Shown here piece by piece: positions 63,501 through 64,000 of a stretch of DNA of 64,000 bases; the stretch's first letter is position 1, and each line of letters begins with the position of its first letter. The notes under the pieces were generated by a model. It was not told the origin of the DNA and did not search any database. It saw nothing but the letters and a program-made list of their open reading frames with translations. The stretch covers positions 512,001 to 576,000 of the forward strand of contig CM000429.1 of the NCBI GenBank assembly GCA_000165345.1, in the 5' to 3' direction. The position numbers were made by a program, and so were the translations under genes.

Positions 63501-64000
63501 GTTTCAAAAAATTTGATAGATGTGGTAGTAGGTATTGCGTTTGACTCGGAATTTAGCCATAAAGAAAATGAATTGTATTCAATTAAGTATTATCGGGGAA
63601 CAAACTCATTTCATTATTTATTCGATTTGAGGCAGTCTCAAGCATTTGTAAATAATCTAATGCTTTTATCAAATGAAGATGTATCAGTTGTTCCTTATTT
63701 TCATATTAACTGTTTAAGTAACGCAAAATTTAATATAAAAAATATTGAAGTACCACTATTTTATAACTCAGAATATTTGCTCGATTTAAATAACTCATTT
63801 TTTGACAAAATATATTCAAGTTATAATGAGCCTTTTTATTCTCGTTATTTCAATGATAACATTTATTCCATCAATTGTAGAATAGATTTAAATGTTTTTA
63901 ACTTGGATAATATCAGCAGCGAAATTCCATACTCCAAATTATGTGATTTTTCGGCAAGCAATGCCACTGTTGGATTAAAAATTTGCTTTTCCTCAAAAGT
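60516..64000 (+). CDS. large low-complexity protein, 5' part only (ORF continues past the window end); hypothetical
   Basis: ATG at 60516. I read the frame (positions congruent to 0 mod 3) codon by codon across 60516..~62700 and by eye to 64000, and found no stop. It translates as MKISLSGYKVINLFDLELDRLTIISKNKSFRISIKKLKISVFNWFTFIIFVIYILLIGC... for more than 1160 codons. It is absent from the ORF track, presumably because it has no in-window stop. The I/N/F/L/K-rich composition resembles the 236..4339 protein. Confidence 0.55.
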   Translation, partial: MKISLSGYKVINLFDLELDRLTIISKNKSFRISIKKLKISVFNWFTFIIFVIYILLIGCRHIDLFFNFFSKFTEKKIASLKLDQVEIYHLKKDGSSVPNVKRSNLINFVSSYFDFELFSVCLLSEYKLLGKTFLFGTNIGSIYKKNYSFRKTNIFIRRISVRFNEYFDDISTYDIIDLIGLKAYFFSILKDQETILAFPGLLNIDMVNSNYESFITIIEDNIEKVYSGIYLSIPLLNYVFFNIKSLFINKNGSSLIHNVFNWKLKILINFKRIFLETYESNKLFLTISSIVFTLEYNMHNFSLVIKLLNCYLLINLENSIQILESIIYFDVKDKIIRANMKYLRLYSKAIHSNSLDNFIDVIEIPEMNIFSTKIEHCPENLSIVFFTCIELNSELLIIKLTGLDEIFCQNVEFKNEISDLLEFSNQYLSVSDNEESVYTIFYTLERIENKNLNIQINFNFNSNIQLIYNMNNIELNIERSQANLTFNSNEKFLKITDFELAQYNYLYENVFSMKIKTILLNFKTSNKSIFLQEIVFEKESTICIFLKDISIFTIENSCNLSAKNIKIYLYLNTSLNYNSIFTVFEIEYVNFIFQKTIYCWKSIEIYKIIIKQCFSKDEPLFYELIRIDEDPVKIRNENLSNKYLTICIPKLLLAASNYQIMKLSNLFSNFKQNSLVKTRISQLNLIITLNNASIHYYFHTENKCTTLLAYFENGKIFLSINDKYEIDISSKFNRVEIMAGEVHIGNDKIIKFPHYSETLYSKLHNRDIYCDIVYYEITKKIKTNLLIDEGKIQNSGFKDKIFPIFISSIDISHNFHIKLRKNTKIRVHYNFSKDSFLVNSNLVNNTMLILIDVHDYVNSNELFYSISSEDNKYKLSTFLEKINDICLFEIRLQCLNMLLIKAQLESKYLILNLNGILFSNLNSFELCIEKFKIFVKYPSNNFSGEYINLIINNNLIKANLKILDSKMFFFAEKLIFNLKFLIREFECKIEAVQLKVSKNLIDVVVGIAFDSEFSHKENELYSIKYYRGTNSFHYLFDLRQSQAFVNNLMLLSNEDVSVVPYFHINCLSNAKFNIKNIEVPLFYNSEYLLDLNNSFFDKIYSSYNEPFYSRYFNDNIYSINCRIDLNVFNLDNISSEIPYSKLCDFSASNATVGLKICFSSK

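Noticed and set aside
1-64000. Prokaryotic or mobile-element interpretation, CRISPR arrays, rRNA/tRNA genes
   Set aside because: Spliceosomal introns, eukaryote-specific proteins (TAF5, SRP68, Arps, proteasome beta, cyclin) and kb-scale monocistronic spacing exclude a prokaryotic origin. I saw no direct-repeat/spacer arrays, no transposase or integrase ORFs, and no long terminal or inverted repeats. I found no convincing tRNA cloverleaf or rRNA-like conserved block. An Rfam/tRNAscan run would be the decisive check.

Overview
This is an AT-rich, very gene-dense nuclear segment from a unicellular eukaryote that uses the standard genetic code. I read roughly 35 protein-coding genes in 64 kb, transcribed from both strands. 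Intergenic spacers run from about 1.6 kb down to zero: several convergent gene pairs sit 0-26 bp apart. About a quarter of the genes carry short spliceosomal introns of 44-122 bp with GTAAGT-type donors and YAG acceptors. I found these by chaining the ORF-track fragments across frame shifts.

The recognisable products are conserved housekeeping and nuclear proteins: PP4 catalytic subunit, PTPA, RAD50, RAD1 (9-1-1 clamp), ELP3, Sua5, two actin-related proteins, proteasome beta-6, SRP68, an SR-beta-like GTPase, TAF5, a TAF13-like histone-fold protein, a cyclin, a La protein, a CHY/RING E3 ligase and a SANT-domain protein. Organelle-related genes are also present: a mitochondrial carrier, a Tom40/porin-like barrel, a Ctr copper transporter and a POFUT2-type O-fucosyltransferase. 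Several proteins are lineage-specific, N/K/I/S-rich and low-complexity.

Two points about the ORF track. It uses alternative start codons (TTG/GTG), so I moved several starts to the first in-frame ATG. It also omits a more than 1100-codon ORF that runs off the 3' edge of the window (60516..64000).

The most novel-looking loci are:
- a tandem pair of secreted, cysteine-rich paralogs that share an uncharacterised 6-Cys domain;
- a kinesin-like protein whose ATPase motifs are degenerate;
- a RAD50 without a recognisable CXXC zinc hook;
- an SR-beta-like GTPase with substituted G1/G4 motifs;
- GC-rich repeated-motif islands in divergent promoters.

There is no sign of prokaryotic or mobile-element content, and I could not support any rRNA, tRNA or CRISPR call. 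The lineage guess (an intron-poor, AT-rich protist, possibly apicomplexan or Cryptosporidium-like because of POFUT2, compactness and composition) is speculative.
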